In this document: positions 1-15,300 of the stretch, one piece after another
Layout: every line of letters starts with the position of its first letter
How positions within the stretch are numbered: the first letter of the stretch is position 1
Assembly: GCA_964016885.1 (NCBI GenBank)
Contig: OZ024753.1
Location: forward strand, 21,576,001 to 21,640,000
DNA from: Eledone cirrhosa
Lineage: Eukaryota
DNA length: 64,000 nucleotides
Direction: 5' to 3'
Program-made: the position numbers and the translations under genes
The notes under the pieces: model-generated
What the model saw: only the letters and a program-made list of their open reading frames with translations
Told to the model about the DNA's origin: nothing
Databases searched by the model: none

Positions 1-162
1 ACCAAAATAAATACCATAATCTCCAATGACAATTCTACCAATTCACCACCTAGTGTCAAATAAAAGACATGAATAACTTGTGAAGTACATAGTTTGAATA
101 TTGACCATTCATGGGAGTACTTTTAAATATTGATACATTATCAGGAAGGAATATATTAGTGT

Positions 163-206
<44 letters not shown>

Positions 207-390
207 TTTACATCCACCTTTCCCTGCTTGCAAGGGTGGGATGGGAATTGATTCTGGCTTGATTTCTACAGCTGGATGCTCTTCTTAACACCAACTTCAT
301 TTACAGAGTTGATTGGGTACTTTTTATCATGACACCTACATGACCACTTTACAGTGAGTGCTGGGTGCTTTTTTGCCGTGGCACCTACAG
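163..390 (-). mobile_element. RTE-type 3' end / RTE-dependent SINE fragment with (ATG)n tail
   Basis: (CAT)n followed by ttttacatcc...cttgcaagggtggg and tctacagctggatgc; reverse-complement match to 56681-56820. Confidence 0.7.
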
Positions 391-453
391 ATGTAGAAAA
401 TAACGACTTTTAGAATAAGACTGCATATGACTGCATAATGTTCAGGCCATATA

Positions 454-641
454 AGGGCAATGGAATGACAGTATCTGTAGAGAGTCAGACAACATGTTTT
501 GTGACAGAGTTACGTCCCTTTACATTCTGAGTTCAAATCTCGTCAAGGTTAACTTTGACTTTCATGTTTATAGAATAAAGTAGCAGTAATGTACTTGGGT
601 TGATTTAATCAACATTTCTCTCCCCACAAAACAGAAACCAT
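454..641 (+). mobile_element. Degenerate tRNA-derived SINE
   Basis: B-box gagttcaaatc and core aggttaactttgactttcat; homologous to 55331-55523. Confidence 0.65.
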
Positions 642-734
642 TATGTTCAGCCCAGAGAACTATATATATTTCTAAAATGATAAATTATTAGGATAAAAGG
701 TGTTATTAATTGAACATTGTCAACACTCTAACTT

Positions 735-990
735 CACCATCACCATCACCATCACCATCATCAAAACCATCACCATCACCATCATCATCACCGGCATCAT
801 CATCATCATCATCACCGTTAACATCACCATTAACATCATTATCACCATCACCATCATCATCATCACCATCACCATCATCATCATCACCATCATCATCTTC
901 ATCATCTTCATCACATCATCATCACCATCACCACCATCACCACCATCACCACCATCATCATCACCATCATCATCACCATCACCACCATCA
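735..990. repeat. (CAT/CAC)n microsatellite
   Basis: Seen directly. Confidence 0.95.
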
Positions 991-1291
991 GATATATATT
1001 TGTATATGTGTATATATATATATTTGTATATGTGTATATATATATATTTGTATATGTGTATATATATATATATTTGTATATGTGTATATATATATTTGTG
1101 TATATGTATATATATATATATTTGTATATGTGTATATATATATTTGTATATGTGTATATATATATATTTGTATATGTGTATATATATATTTGTATATGTG
1201 TATATATATATATATTTGTATATGTATATATATATATATTTGTATATGTGTATATATATATATGTATATGTGTATATATATATATTTGTAT
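991..1291. repeat. AT-rich minisatellite (tatttgtatatgtg(ta)n units)
   Basis: Seen directly; variable TA tract length. Confidence 0.9.
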
Positions 1292-2350
1292 ATAGGAACG
1301 AGTAGGACCCCGACGGCTGAGCTCAAGCCGTCTCAACGGCTAATTCTGGACTAAATGAAAATTTTTATCCTGGTATCTGAATAGCTTCTCAGGGGTTAAT
1401 TCCATATATGGTAAAAGTGATTGTCACAAGGATTGGTCAAAAGTTTGTTGTTGAGACACATAATTCTATCATGGCAATTTCTGGAAGGAAGGGGGTGGGG
1501 GATTCTGAATTAATTTTCCGTATCAAATTTTTCATATACATCGTACGAGCATTTATGTAATTTGCACTAGAATTTTTGTATCGTAGCGGCACCCTTAGAG
1601 ATAGTATTAGTATTCTTTTTCGGGATTCTGATTTATTATTTCGTATTAGTTTATTTTTTGCACTGGGTAGTTGCTGGCCTTGTGCCTAGGGTAGAAACAA
1701 TTATTTCGTATTAGTCTCGGGACTCTGAATTATTATTTTGTGGTAGTTTCTTTAGTATTTTGGTCCCCCACTCGTTGACCCGTCACCGTAAGATATACTC
1801 GGTTGATTACTACTAGCTCTTAAAAGGGTCTCATTATAATTCCGTCCCACCTAGTAAACTTTTCTATAGTCTAGCAGTACCAGTGAGGGACTTGATGTCT
1901 GTCGTTAGGGAATAATAACCAGAAATTGTTTTTTTTTTTTTTAATATTTAATTGTTTTTTTAACATTCTCGGTATTCTTCTATATATTTACCCCATATTG
2001 TTTTACTTTTTGTTTCGACTTCCTCCCCCTCCCCCTCCCTAGTATACTTCCTTGACCTCCTGCCCTGCTGTAGTTGGCACTATCAACGCACGACTGGGTT
2101 TCCTCCACCCCCTCTCCTTTCTTCTATTGGCAGGTTCAGCTACCCCTTCCTTCCACAAATTGCCATGATAGAATTATGGGTTTCAACAACAAACTTTTGA
2201 CCAATCCTTGTGACAATCACTTTTACCATATATGGAATTACACCCTGAGAAGCTCAGCTATTCATATACCAAGATAAAAATTTTCATTTAGTCCAGAATT
2301 AGCCGTCGAAACGACTTGAGCTCAGCCGTCGGGGTGCTACTCGTTCCTAT
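1292..2350. mobile_element. Foldback/MITE-like element with ~200-bp inverted arms
   Basis: 1292-1494 is the imperfect reverse complement of 2143-2350. Confidence 0.7.
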
Positions 2351-2447
2351 TACCCACTCTACTACCCTAAGTATTGAGTACTTTGGTGCGTTATGGTCCA
2401 CCTGGTTCCTTACCACATTTCCTTCGTTATATTTGTATATATATATA

Positions 2448-2815
2448 TCATCATCATCATCATTTTACGTCCGCTCTTTCCTGCTTGCAAGGGTTGGACG
2501 GGTCTTATTCAGCACAGCATCTCTCCACTTGTCACGGTCCTTCGTCATCTCCTCGGTGAGTTTCAGCAATCTGAGGTCTCCTCTCACCACCTCCGTCCAT
2601 GTTTTTTGTGGTCTTCCTCTACTGTGTCTTCCTTCCACTGGGACTTCCTGGCACTTCTTTACCCAGCAGTCATCCTCCATGCACATCACATGTCCATACC
2701 ATCTCAGCCTTCTCTCCTGCCCACTACAACTTATCTCTCTTATACCCAGTTTCTTTCTCAACTTGTCTATGCTTGGTCGTTCACGCACATTGACATTGCA
2801 CATCCAATCGAACAT
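2448..2815 (-). mobile_element. RTE LINE 3' fragment (subfamily A)
   Basis: ORF ...RRLRWYGHVM...GRPQKTW...; (ATG)n tail directly after the stop. Confidence 0.9.
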
Positions 2816-3207
2816 ACTTGTATATGTGTGCACTGTCATTGTATTGCGACTTTTCTTCCAATACCTTTTTTTACTTGGAGTTATTTTAACCTTTTTGATA
2901 GCAAACTTCCTGAAAGACAATAGAGGCAGTCTCACACACACCACCCACCTTACCTATAGTTAAATGCAATAATAGCTATGGGTGAGGAGAGCCTCACACA
3001 CACCACCTACCTCACCTACAATCAGACATGAAAGAGATCAAAGGTTATCTTACTATGCCAACCTGATGTCACTTCATCTCTCACTTCCATTCAATTCTTA
3101 TAACACTGCAATCTAATGGCTTTTGATAATAAACCAAACAGTATCTATTTTATCTGTGTTCTTTTATGTTTCTAATCCAGATCTAACATTGATACCTTTT
3201 GTTGCAG

Positions 3208-3273
3208 AAATCAGAAGCAGCTAAAAACAAAACAGATACTAATTTCTTTCTCCAGTCATTTTTTGACAAACAG
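3208..3273 (+). CDS. Putative internal coding exon (KSEAAKNKTDTNFFLQSFFDKQ) of an F-rich-tail host gene, possibly SIX6OS1-like
   Basis: Acceptor ccttttgttgcag| and donor CAG|gtttgt; 66 nt, phase 0/0, no stop; composition matches the downstream exons. Confidence 0.55.
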
Positions 3274-3507
3274 GTTTGTAAGCTTTTGTTTATTTTCATA
3301 CACATACTTTTAAATGTCAGATGTTTATCTTGAAAAATTGTTTAAAGAATTGAAATATTTATTCAAATAATGAGTTGAAGTTAGTATTCACAAATTGCAT
3401 GTGTTTTGTGTTGTTTTTCTTTATTGTAACAAATAAATATTGATGCTAAAGTATCAACTGAAAATAGTTACCAACCATTGTTTAGTGATTAACCTGTCAA
3501 TAGAATA

Positions 3508-3832
3508 CAGTAGAACCTTGGTTCCTAAAATTAATTTGTTCCTGAAGATCGTTCATCACTTGAAATGTTCATAAACCAAAACTAACTTCCCCATATGAAA
3601 TGTTGAGAGAGAAACACAGTGAGAGAGAGAGAGACTGTGTATGAAAGACAGATAGATATCATAGTAACTGCAGCAAGTGATGCTTTCCCACCAATACTGC
3701 AACCATTGTTGCTGACTTGCGTGTTCATTACTCAAGACACTGTTCGTGAAGTGAGATGTTTTATGTTCAGAAAAATTGTTTGTGAATCGATTAGTTTATG
3801 ATGAGAGGTGTTCATAAACCGAGATTCCATTG
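3508..3832. mobile_element. Tigger/pogo-like MITE relic
   Basis: TA|CAGTAGAACCTTGGTT ... AACCGAGATTCCATTG imperfect terminal inverted repeats. Confidence 0.6.
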
Positions 3833-5081
3833 AACTGTACTTGAGAAAAAATATTTTCAGCAACCTTTTATATATACACTATTGATGTGCAGGGTAATTT
3901 GAAATTCTTCAGAAAATGTAGAGATCCCAAACACAGAAAATAACTGTAACTTCAGTCAAATGTTATGAATAATAGCTAAGAAAATAGGGTAAAATATTGT
4001 AATTGACAGAAAAAAGTGGCCTGAAGATTTCTGTTACAGTTACTTTCTTAGTTTCAGACTCCTACCTTTGCTAATGAATTTGTAGATCTTTCCAACCCAT
4101 GGTTTTATCTTTTTCTTTCTGTTCCACTATACCAATTTTAACTAATGCCATCCAGTGAAATTTTTACCTTTTTTTTATACACCCAAACACCCAACCAACT
4201 GTTTCTGGTTTCTAAGAAACAAAACCATTTTAAATGGTGCCTATTTATATTGAAATCTTTGAATATAATTTTATACAAGAACCATATGTCATGTTACTAT
4301 TTTAGTAATGAAATAATTAATAATTTTAGTAAATCTTTCTTCATTGATTAATTGAAATAAGACTAAAAAGTGTTGATTTATAGGGGTTTTCCTAACTTGG
4401 AATAAAATCTCTGCAATTTGTGCTGGGACAAGAAATAATTATCATATATATATACTCTACAGTCTATACTATGTATTATAGTGTATAGACTGTAGACACA
4501 ATATATATAGACTCTACAGTCTATACTATGTATTGTAGAGTATGGACTGTAGATACAATATATATAGACTCTACAGTCTATACTATGTATTATAGTGTAT
4601 GGACTGTAGACACAATATATAGACCCTACAGTCTATAGTATATATTGTAGTGTATGGACTGTAGACACAATATATAGACCCTACAGTCTATACTATGTAT
4701 TGTAGTGTATGGAATGTAGACACAATATATAGACCCTACAGTCTATACTATATATTGTAGTGTATGGACTGTAGACACAATATATAGACCCTACAGTCTA
4801 TACTATGTATTGTAGTGTATGGACTGTAGACACAATATATAGACCCTACAGTCTATACTATGTATTGTAGTATATGGACTGTAGACACAATATATAGACT
4901 ATACAGTCTATACTATGTATTGTAGTGTATGGACTGTAGACACAATATATAACATTTACAGTCTATACTATGTATTATAGTGTATGGACTGTAGACACAA
5001 TATATATAGACTCTACAGTCTATACTATGTATTATAATGTATGGATTGTAGACACGATATATAGACTCTACAGTCTATACT

Positions 5082-6321
5082 CATCATCATCATCATCATC
5101 ATCAGGTTTAGCATCCGTGTTCCACGCTTGCATGGGTTTGGACGGGGGTTTTCCCACTTGAGGCAAGAGTGGTTGTCTTGCTCGCATAGAACTGTCTGGC
5201 GGGTTTTCTACAGTTGGATGCCCTTCCTATCACCAACCACATTTACAGTGTGGGGCTGGGAGGTTTTTACCGTGTTGCCTACACGGCCACATTACAGCGT
5301 GGACTGTCTGGCGGGTTTTCTACAGCTGGATGCCCTTCCTAACACCAACCACATTTACAGTGTGAGGCTGGGAGGTTTTTACCATGTTGCCTACACGGCC
5401 ACATTTACAGCGTGGACTGTGTGTTTTTTTGTCGTGACACCTACACGATCTCATTTGTTTCGGCCTGGATGTTGTGGGACCAACATAACTTTACATTGAA
5501 AGGGGCGGTGTGGAGGTGGTGGGACGGGGGTGTGTTTTGATAGAGATGCCTACTGACTGTAGTAGGTTTTTACTTTGTATTTAGGTAAGGCGGGTCTTCT
5601 CTATTACTGAGTACCGCCAAAGGTCTCGGTCCAGTGACATTGTCTTGGAGAGGTGTAAGCGTGTGAGGTCGGAATTTATCAGCTCGTCCCATGTTTTTCT
5701 GGGTCTGCCTACTCCGTGGCTACCGTCTATCTTAATTGCCCTGGACTTTGTTATACAGCTGTCGTCTTTCATGCACATCACGTGACCGTACCAACGTAGC
5801 CTTCTCTCGAGTAAACAACATCTGATCCCTCTTATTTCTAATTTTTTCCTTAGTTCGTTTATGCTTTTCCGTTCACGTATATTACTATTGCACATCCAGC
5901 GGAGCATGCAAGCTTCGTTCCTCTCTAGTCTGCGTATATCCTCTGCACACAATGCCCAGGTCTCACTGCCATGCAGCATTGCTGTTCGTATGCAGGCATC
6001 GTATAACCTGCCTTTCATTTTTAGGGAGAACCCTCTAGCGGCTAATAGTGGTATAAGCTCTCTGAACTTTTTCCATCCAGTTCTGACTCTAGCCACTGTA
6101 CTTTCAGAGCACCCTCCCCCACTGCTGATTTTGTCACCCAGGTAACGGAAGCTGTCCACTATTTCTATAGAACCCTCTGCGCAGTTGAGGGAGCTAGTAT
6201 TTGTGGGCACTTGCTGCTACTTATTGTACCAGAGCACCGGCCACATGTAAAATCTATGTTCTTAGTTAGCTTACCTGTGATCCCACTACATCTTTTATGC
6301 ACCCATACTTTGCATTTGGGA
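5082..6321 (-). mobile_element. 5'-truncated RTE LINE (subfamily B) inserted in the satellite
   Basis: ORF 5581-6210 (DSFRYLG...LHGSETW...RLRWYGH); ~480-bp 3'UTR; (ATG)n tail; TSD TATACT at 5076-5081 and 6322-6327. Confidence 0.93.
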
Positions 6322-9300
6322 TATACTATGTATTATAATGTATGGACTGTAGACACAATATATATAGACCCTATCGTCTATACTATGTATTGTAGTGTAT
6401 GGACTGTAGACACAATATATAACCTCTACAGTCTATACTATGTATTATAGTGTATGGACTATAGACACAATATATAACCTCTACAGTCTATACTATGTAT
6501 TATAGTGTATGGACTGTAGACACAATATATATAGACTCTACAGTCTATACTATGAATTATAGTGTATGGACTGCAGACACAATATATATAGACCCTACAG
6601 TCTATACTATGGATTATAGTGTATGGACTGTAGGCACAATATATAGACCCTACAGTCTATACTATGTATTATAGTGTATGGACTGTAGACACAATATATA
6701 GACTCTACAGTCTATACTATGTATTATAATGTATGGAGTGTAGACACAATATGTATAGACCCTACAGTCTATACTATGTATTATAGTGTATGGACTGTAG
6801 ACACAATATATATAGACTCTACATTCCATACTATGTATTATAGTGTATGGATTGTAGACACTATATATATAGATTCTGGAGTCTATACTATGTATGGTTG
6901 TATGTTCTGTAAACACGATATATAGACCCTACACGTCCATACTATGTATTATAGTGTATGGACTGATGACACAATATATAGACCCTACAGTCTATACTAT
7001 GTATTATCGTGTATGTACTGTAGACACGATATATAGACCCTACAGTCCATACTATGTATTATAGTGTATGGACTGTAGAGACAATATATAGACCCTACAA
7101 TCTATACTATGTATTATAGTGTATGGACTGTAGACACAATATATATAGACTCTACAGTCTATACTATGTATTATAGTGTATGGAGTGTAGACACAATATG
7201 TATAGACCCTACAGTCTATACTATGTATTATAGTGTATGGACTGTAGACACAATATGTATAAGCCCTACAGTCTATACTATGTATTATAGTGTATGGACT
7301 ATAGACACAATATATATAGACTCTACAGTCTATACTATGTATTATAGTGTATGGAGTGTAGACACAATATATATAGACTCTACAGTCTATACTATGTATT
7401 ATAGTGTATGGAGTGTAGACACAATATGTATAGACCTTACAGTCTATACTATGTATTATAGTGTATGGACTGTAGACACAATATGTATAAGCCCTACAGT
7501 CTATACTATGTATTATAGTGTATGGACTGTAGACACAATATATATAGACTCTACAGTCTATACTATGTATTATAGTGTATGGAGTGTAGATACAATATGT
7601 ATAGACCCTACAGTCTATACTATGTATTGTAGTGTATGGACTGTAGACATGATATATAGACCCTACAGTCCATACTATGTGTTATAGTGTATCGACTGTA
7701 GACACAATATATAGACCCTACAGTCTATACTATGTATTATAGTGTATGTACTGTAGACACGATATATAGACCCTACAGTCCATACTATGTATTATAGTGT
7801 ATGGACTGTAGACACAATATATAGACCCTACAGTATATACTATGTATTATAGTGTATGGACTGTAGACACAATATATATAGACTCTACAGTCTATACTAT
7901 GAATTATAATGCATGGACTGTAGACACAATATATAGACCCTACAGTCTATACTATGTATTATAGTGTATGGACCGTAGACACAATATATATAGACTCTAC
8001 AGTCTATACTATGTATTATAGTGTATGGAGTGTAGAAAAATATGTATAGACCCTACAGTCTATACTATGTATTATAGTGTATGGACTGTAGACACAATAT
8101 GTATAGGCCCTACAGTCTATACTATGTATTATAGTGTATGGACTGTAGACACAATATATATAGACTCTACGCTCTATAATATGTATTATAGTGTATGGAC
8201 TGTAGACACGATATATATAGACTCTACATTCTATACTATGTATTATAGTGTATGGACTGTAGACACAATATATAGACCCTACAGTCTATACTATGTATTG
8301 TAGTGTATGGACTGTAGACACAATATATAGACTCTAAAGTCTATACTATGTATTATAGTGTATGGACTGTAGACACAATATATATGGACTCTACAGTCTA
8401 TATTATGTATTGTAGTGTATAGACTGTAGACACAATATATATAGACCCTACAGTCTATACAATGGATTATAGTGTATGGACTGTAGACACAATATATAGA
8501 CCCTACAGTCTATACTATGTATTATAGTGTATGGACTGTAGACACAATATATAGACTCTACAGTCTATACTATGTATTATAATGTATGGAGTGTAGACAC
8601 AATATGTATAGACCCTACAGTCTGTACTATGTATTATAGTGTATGGACTGTAGACACAATATATATAGACTCTACATTCCATACTATGTATTATAGTGTA
8701 TGGATTGTAGACACTATACATATAGATTCTGGAGTCTATACTATGTATGGTTGTGGGTTGTGTAGTTACTGTAGACACGATATATAGACCCTACACGTCC
8801 ATACTATGTATTATAGTGTATGGACTGTAGACACAATATATAGACTCTACAGTCTATACTATGGATTATAGTGTATGGACTGTAGACACAATATATAGAC
8901 TCTACAGTCTATACTATGTATTATAGTGTATGGACTGTAGACACAATATATAGACTCTACAGTCTATACTATGTATTATAGTGTATGGAGTGTAGACACA
9001 ATATGTATAAACCCTACAGTCTATACTATGTATTATAGTGTATCGACTTAGACACAACATATATAGACCCTACAGTCTATACTATATAGTGTAGTGTATG
9101 GACTGTAGACACAATATATATAGACTGTACATTCCATACTATGTATTATAGTGTATGGACTGTAGACACAATATATAGATGCTACAGTCTATACTATGTA
9201 TTGTAGTGTATGGACTGTAGACATGATATATGTAGACACTACAGTCTATACTATGTATTGTAGTGTATGGACTGTAGACACAATAAATATAGACTCTACA

Positions 9301-12300
9301 GTCTATACTAAGTATTGTAGTGTATGGACTGTAGACACAATATATAGATGCTACAGTCTATACTATGTATTATAGTGTAGTGACTATAGACAAAATATAT
9401 ATAGACTCTACAGTCTATACTATGAATTGTAGTGTATGGACTGTAGACACAATATGTATGGACTCTACAGTCTATACTATGTATTGTAGTGTATGGACTG
9501 TAGACATAATATATGTAGACCCTACAGTCTCTACTATGTATTATAATGTATGGAATGTACACACAATATATATAAACCCTACAGTCTATACTATGTATTA
9601 TAGTGTATGTACTGTAGACACGATATATAGACCCTACAGTCCATACTATGTATTATAGTGTATGGACTGAAGACACAATATATAACCTCTACGGTCTATA
9701 CTATGTATTATAGTGTATGTACTGGAGACACGATATATAGACCCTACATTCTATACTATGTATTATAGTGTATGGACTGTAGACACAATATATATAGACT
9801 ACAGTCTATACTATGAATTATAATGTATGGACTGTAGACACAATATATAGACCCTACAGTCTATACTATGTATTATAGTGTATGTACTGTAGACACGATT
9901 TATAGACCCTACAGTCCATACTATGTATTATAGTGTATGGACTGAAGACACAATATATAACCTCTACGGTCTATACTATGTATTATAGTGTATGTACTGG
10001 AGACACGATATATAGACCCTACATTCTATACTATGTATTATAGTGTATGGACTGTAGACACAATATATATAGACTACAGTCTATACTATGAATTATAATG
10101 TATGGACTGTAGACACAATATATAGACCCTACACTCTATACTATGTATTATAGTGTATGGACCGTAGACACAATATGTATAGGCCCTACAGTCTATACTA
10201 TGTATTATAGTGTATGGATTGTAGACACAATATATATGGACTCTACAGTCTGTACTATGTATTATAGTCTATGGAATGTAGACACAATATGTGTAGACCC
10301 TACGGTCTATACTATGTATTATAGTGTATCGACTGTAGACAATATATATGGACTCTACATTCTATAATATGTATTATAGTGTATGGAGTGTAGACACAAT
10401 ATGTATAGACCCTACAGCCTATACTATATATTATAGTGTATGGACTGTAGACACAATATATATGGACTCTACAGTCTATACTATGTATTATAATTTATTG
10501 ATTGTAGACACGATATATAGACTCTACAGTCTATACTATGTATTGTAGTGTATGGACTGTAGACACAATATATAACCTCTACAGTCTATACTATGTATTG
10601 TAGTGTATGGACTGTAGACACAATATATAACATTTAAAGTCTATACTATGTATTATAGTGTATGGACTGTAGACACAATATATAGAACCTACTGTCAATA
10701 CTATGTATTGTAGTGAATGGACTGTAGACAATATATAACCTCTACATCTATACTATGTATTGTAGTGTATGGACTGTAGACACAATATATAACCTCTACA
10801 GTCTATACTATGTATTGTAATGTATGGACTGTAGACACAATATATATAGACTCTACAGTCTATACTATGTGTTGTAGTGTATGGACTAGACACAATATGT
10901 ATAGACTCTACAGTCTATACTATGTATTATAGTGTATGGACTGCAGACACAATATATATAGACCCTACAGTCTATACTATGGATTATAGTGTATGGACTG
11001 TAGACACAATATATAACCTCTACAGTCTATACTATGTATTGTAGTGTATGGAGTGTAGACACAATATGTATAGACCCTACAGTCTATACTATGTATTATA
11101 GTGTATCGACTTAGACACAACATATATAGACCCTACAGTCTATACTATATAGTGTAGTGTATGGACTGTAGACACAATATATATAGACTGTACATTCCAT
11201 ACTATGTATTATAGTGTATGGACTGTAGACACTATATATATAGACTCTAGAGTCTATACTATGTATGATTGTGTATGGACTGTAGACACAATATGTATAG
11301 ATCCTACAGTCTATACTATCTTTTATAGTGTATGAACTGTAGACACAATATGTATAGACTCTACAGTCTATACTATGTATTGTAGTGTATGCACTGTAGA
11401 CATGATATATGTAGACCCTGCAGTCTATACTATGTATTGTAGTGTATGGACTGTAGACACAATAAATATAGACTCTACAGTCTATACTATGTATTGTAGT
11501 GTATGGACTGTAGACACAATATATAGATGCTACAGTCTATACTATGTATTATAGTGTATGGACTATAGACAAAATATATATAGACTCTACAGTCTATAAT
11601 ATGTATTGTAGTGTATGGACTGTAGACACAATATGTATGGACTCTACAGTCTATACTATGTATTGTAGTGTATGGACTGTAGACATAATATATGTAGACC
11701 CTACAGTCTCTACTATGTATTATAATGTATGGAATATAGACACAATATATATAAACCCTACAGTCTATACTATGTATTATAGTGTATGTACTGTAGACAC
11801 GATATATAGACCCTACAGTCCATACTATGTATTATAGTGTATGGACTGTAGACACGATATATAGACCCTACAGTCTATACTATGTATTATAGTGTATGTA
11901 CTGTAGACATGATATATAGACCCTACAGTCCATACTATGTATTATAGTGTATGGACTGCAGACACAATATATAGACCATACAGTCTATACTATGTATTAT
12001 TGTGTATAGACTGTAGACACAATATATATAGACTCTACCGTCTATACTATGAATTATAATGTATGGACTGTAGACACAATATATAGACCCTACATTCTAT
12101 ACTATGTATTATAGTGTATGGACCGTAGACACAATATGTATAGGCCCTACAGTCTATACTATGTATTATAGTGTATGGAGTGTAGACACAGTATATATGG
12201 ACTCTACAGTCTATACTATGTATTATAGTCTATGGAGTGTAGACACAATATGTGTAGACCCTACGGTCTATACTATGTATTATAGTGTATCGACTGTAGA

Positions 12301-15300
12301 CAATATATATGGACTCTACATTCTATAATATGTATTATAGTGTATGGAGTGTAGACACAATATGTATAGACCCTACAGACTATACTATGCATTATAGTGT
12401 ATGGACTGTAGACACAATATATATGGACTCTACAGTCTATACTATGTATTATAATGTATTGATTGTAGACACGATATATAGACTCTACAGTCTATACTAT
12501 GTATTATAATGTATGGACTGTAGACACAATATATATAGACCCTACAGTCTATACTATGTATTGTAGTGTATAGGATGTAGACACAATATATAACCTCTAC
12601 AGTCTATACTATGTATTGTAGTGTATGGACTGTAGACACAATATATAACATTTAAAGTCTATACTATGTATTATAGTGTATGGACTGTAGACACAATATA
12701 TAGAACCTACAGTCTATACTATGTATTGTAGTGTATGGACTGTAGACAATATATAACCTCTACGGTCTATACTATGTATTGTAGTGTATGGACTGTAGAC
12801 ACAATATATATAGACTCTACAGTCCATACTATGTATTATAGTGTATGGACTGTAGACACAATATATATAGACTCTACAGTCTATACTATGTATATTAGTG
12901 TATGGACTGTAGACACAATATATAGAACCTACAGTCTATACTATGTATTGTAGTGTATGGACTGTAGACAATATATAACCTCTACGGTCTATACTATGTA
13001 TTGTAGTGTATGGACTGTAGACACAATATATAACCTCTACAGTCTATACTATGTATTGTAGTGTATGGACTGTAGACACAATATATATAGACTCTACAGT
13101 CCATACTATGTATTGTAGTGTATGGACTTAGACACAATATGTATAGACCCTACAGTCTATACTATATAGTGTAGTGTATGGAACGTAGACTCAATATATA
13201 TAGACTCTACAGTCTATACTATGTATTGTAGTGTATGGACTGTAGACACAATATATATAGACCCTACAGTCTATACTATATAGTGTAGTGTATGGACTGT
13301 AGACACAATATATAGACACTAGAGTCTATACTATGTATTATAGTGTATGGACTGTAGACACAATATATATAGACTCTACAGTCTATACTATGTATATTAG
13401 TGTATGGACTGTAGACACAATATGTATAGACTCTACAGTCCATACTATGTATTGTAGTGTATGGACTGTAGACATAATATATATAGACCCTACAGTCTCT
13501 ACTATGTATTATAATGTATGGAATGTAGACACAATATATATAGACCCTACAGTCTATACTATGTATTATAGTGTATGTACTGTAGACACGATATATAGAC
13601 CCTACAGTCCATACTATGTATTATATTGTATGGACTGTACACACAATATATAGACCCTACAGTCTATACTATGTATTATAGTGTATGGACTGTACACACA
13701 ATATATATAGAATCTACAGTCTATACTATGAATTATAATGTATGGATTGTAGACACAATATATATGGACTCTACAGTCTATAATATGTATTATAGTGTAT
13801 GGACTGTAGACACAATATATATAGACTCTACAGTCTATACTATGTATTGTAATGTATGGACTGTAACCAGAATATATAAACTCTACAGTCTATACTATGT
13901 ATTGTAGTGTATGGACTGTAGACACAATATGTATAGGCCCTACAGCCTATACTATTTATTGTAGTGTATGGACTGTAGACACAATATGTACAGATCCTAC
14001 AGTCTATACTATCTATTATAGTGCATGGACTGTAGACACAATATATATAGACTCTACACTCTATGCTATATGTTTTAATGTATGGACAGTAGATACGATG
14101 TATAGACTATACAGTCTATACTATGTATTATAGTGTATGGAGTGTAGACACAATATGTATAGACCCTACAGTCTATAATATATATTGTAGTGTATGGAGT
14201 GTAGACACAATATGTATAGACCCTACAGACTATACTATGTATTGTAGTGTATGGACTGTAGACACAATATATACAGATTTTACAGTCTATACTATCTATT
14301 ATAGTGTATGGACTGTAGACACAATATATATAGACTCTACAGTCTATACTATGTAATATAGTTCATGGACTGTAGAAACAGTATATAGCCTCTACAGTCT
14401 ATACTATGTATTGTAGTGTATGGACTGTAGATACACTATATAATCTCTACAGTATATACTATGTATTATAGTGTATAGACTGTAGACACAATATGTATAG
14501 CCCCTGCAGCCTATACTATGTATTGTCGTGTAGGTACTGTAGACAATATATATAAACCCTACATTCTATACTATGTATTATAGTGTAGGGACTGTAGACA
14601 CGATATATATAGACTCTACAGTCTATACTATGTATTATAGTGTATGGACTGTAGACGCAATATATATAGACCCGACTGTCTATACTATGTATTATGGTGT
14701 ATGGAATGTAGACACAATATATATAGACTCTACAGTCTATACTATTTATTTTAGTGTATGGACTGTAGACACAATATATAGACTCTACAGTCTATACTAT
14801 GTATTGTAGTGTATGGACTGTAGACACAATATATAAACTCTAAATCTATACTATGTATTATAGTGTATGGACTGTAGACACAATATATAGACTATACAGT
14901 CTATACTATGTATTATAGTGTATGGACCGTAGCCACAATATATAGACTCTACAGTCTATACTATGTATTGTAGTGTATGGACTGTAGACACAATATATAG
15001 ACTCTAAAATCTATACTATGTATTATAGTGTATGGATTGTAGACACAATATACAACCTCTACAGTCTATACTATGTATTGTAGTGTATGGACTGTAGACA
15101 CAATCTATATAGACTCTACAGTCTATACTATGTATTGTAGTGTATGGACTGTAGATACAATATATAATCTCTACAGTCTATACTATGTATTGTAGTGTAT
15201 GGACTTTAGACACAATATATATAGACTCTACAGTCCATACTTTGTATTATAGTGTATGGACTGTAGACACAATATATAGACTATACAGTCTATACTATGT

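Noticed and set aside
700-1354. Poly-His/Ser/Ile and YI-rich ORFs
   Set aside because: Translations of (CAT/CAC)n and AT minisatellites
3181-3207. Alternative upstream acceptor (tttctaatccag|)
   Set aside because: Would introduce an in-frame TAA ahead of the 3208 exon frame
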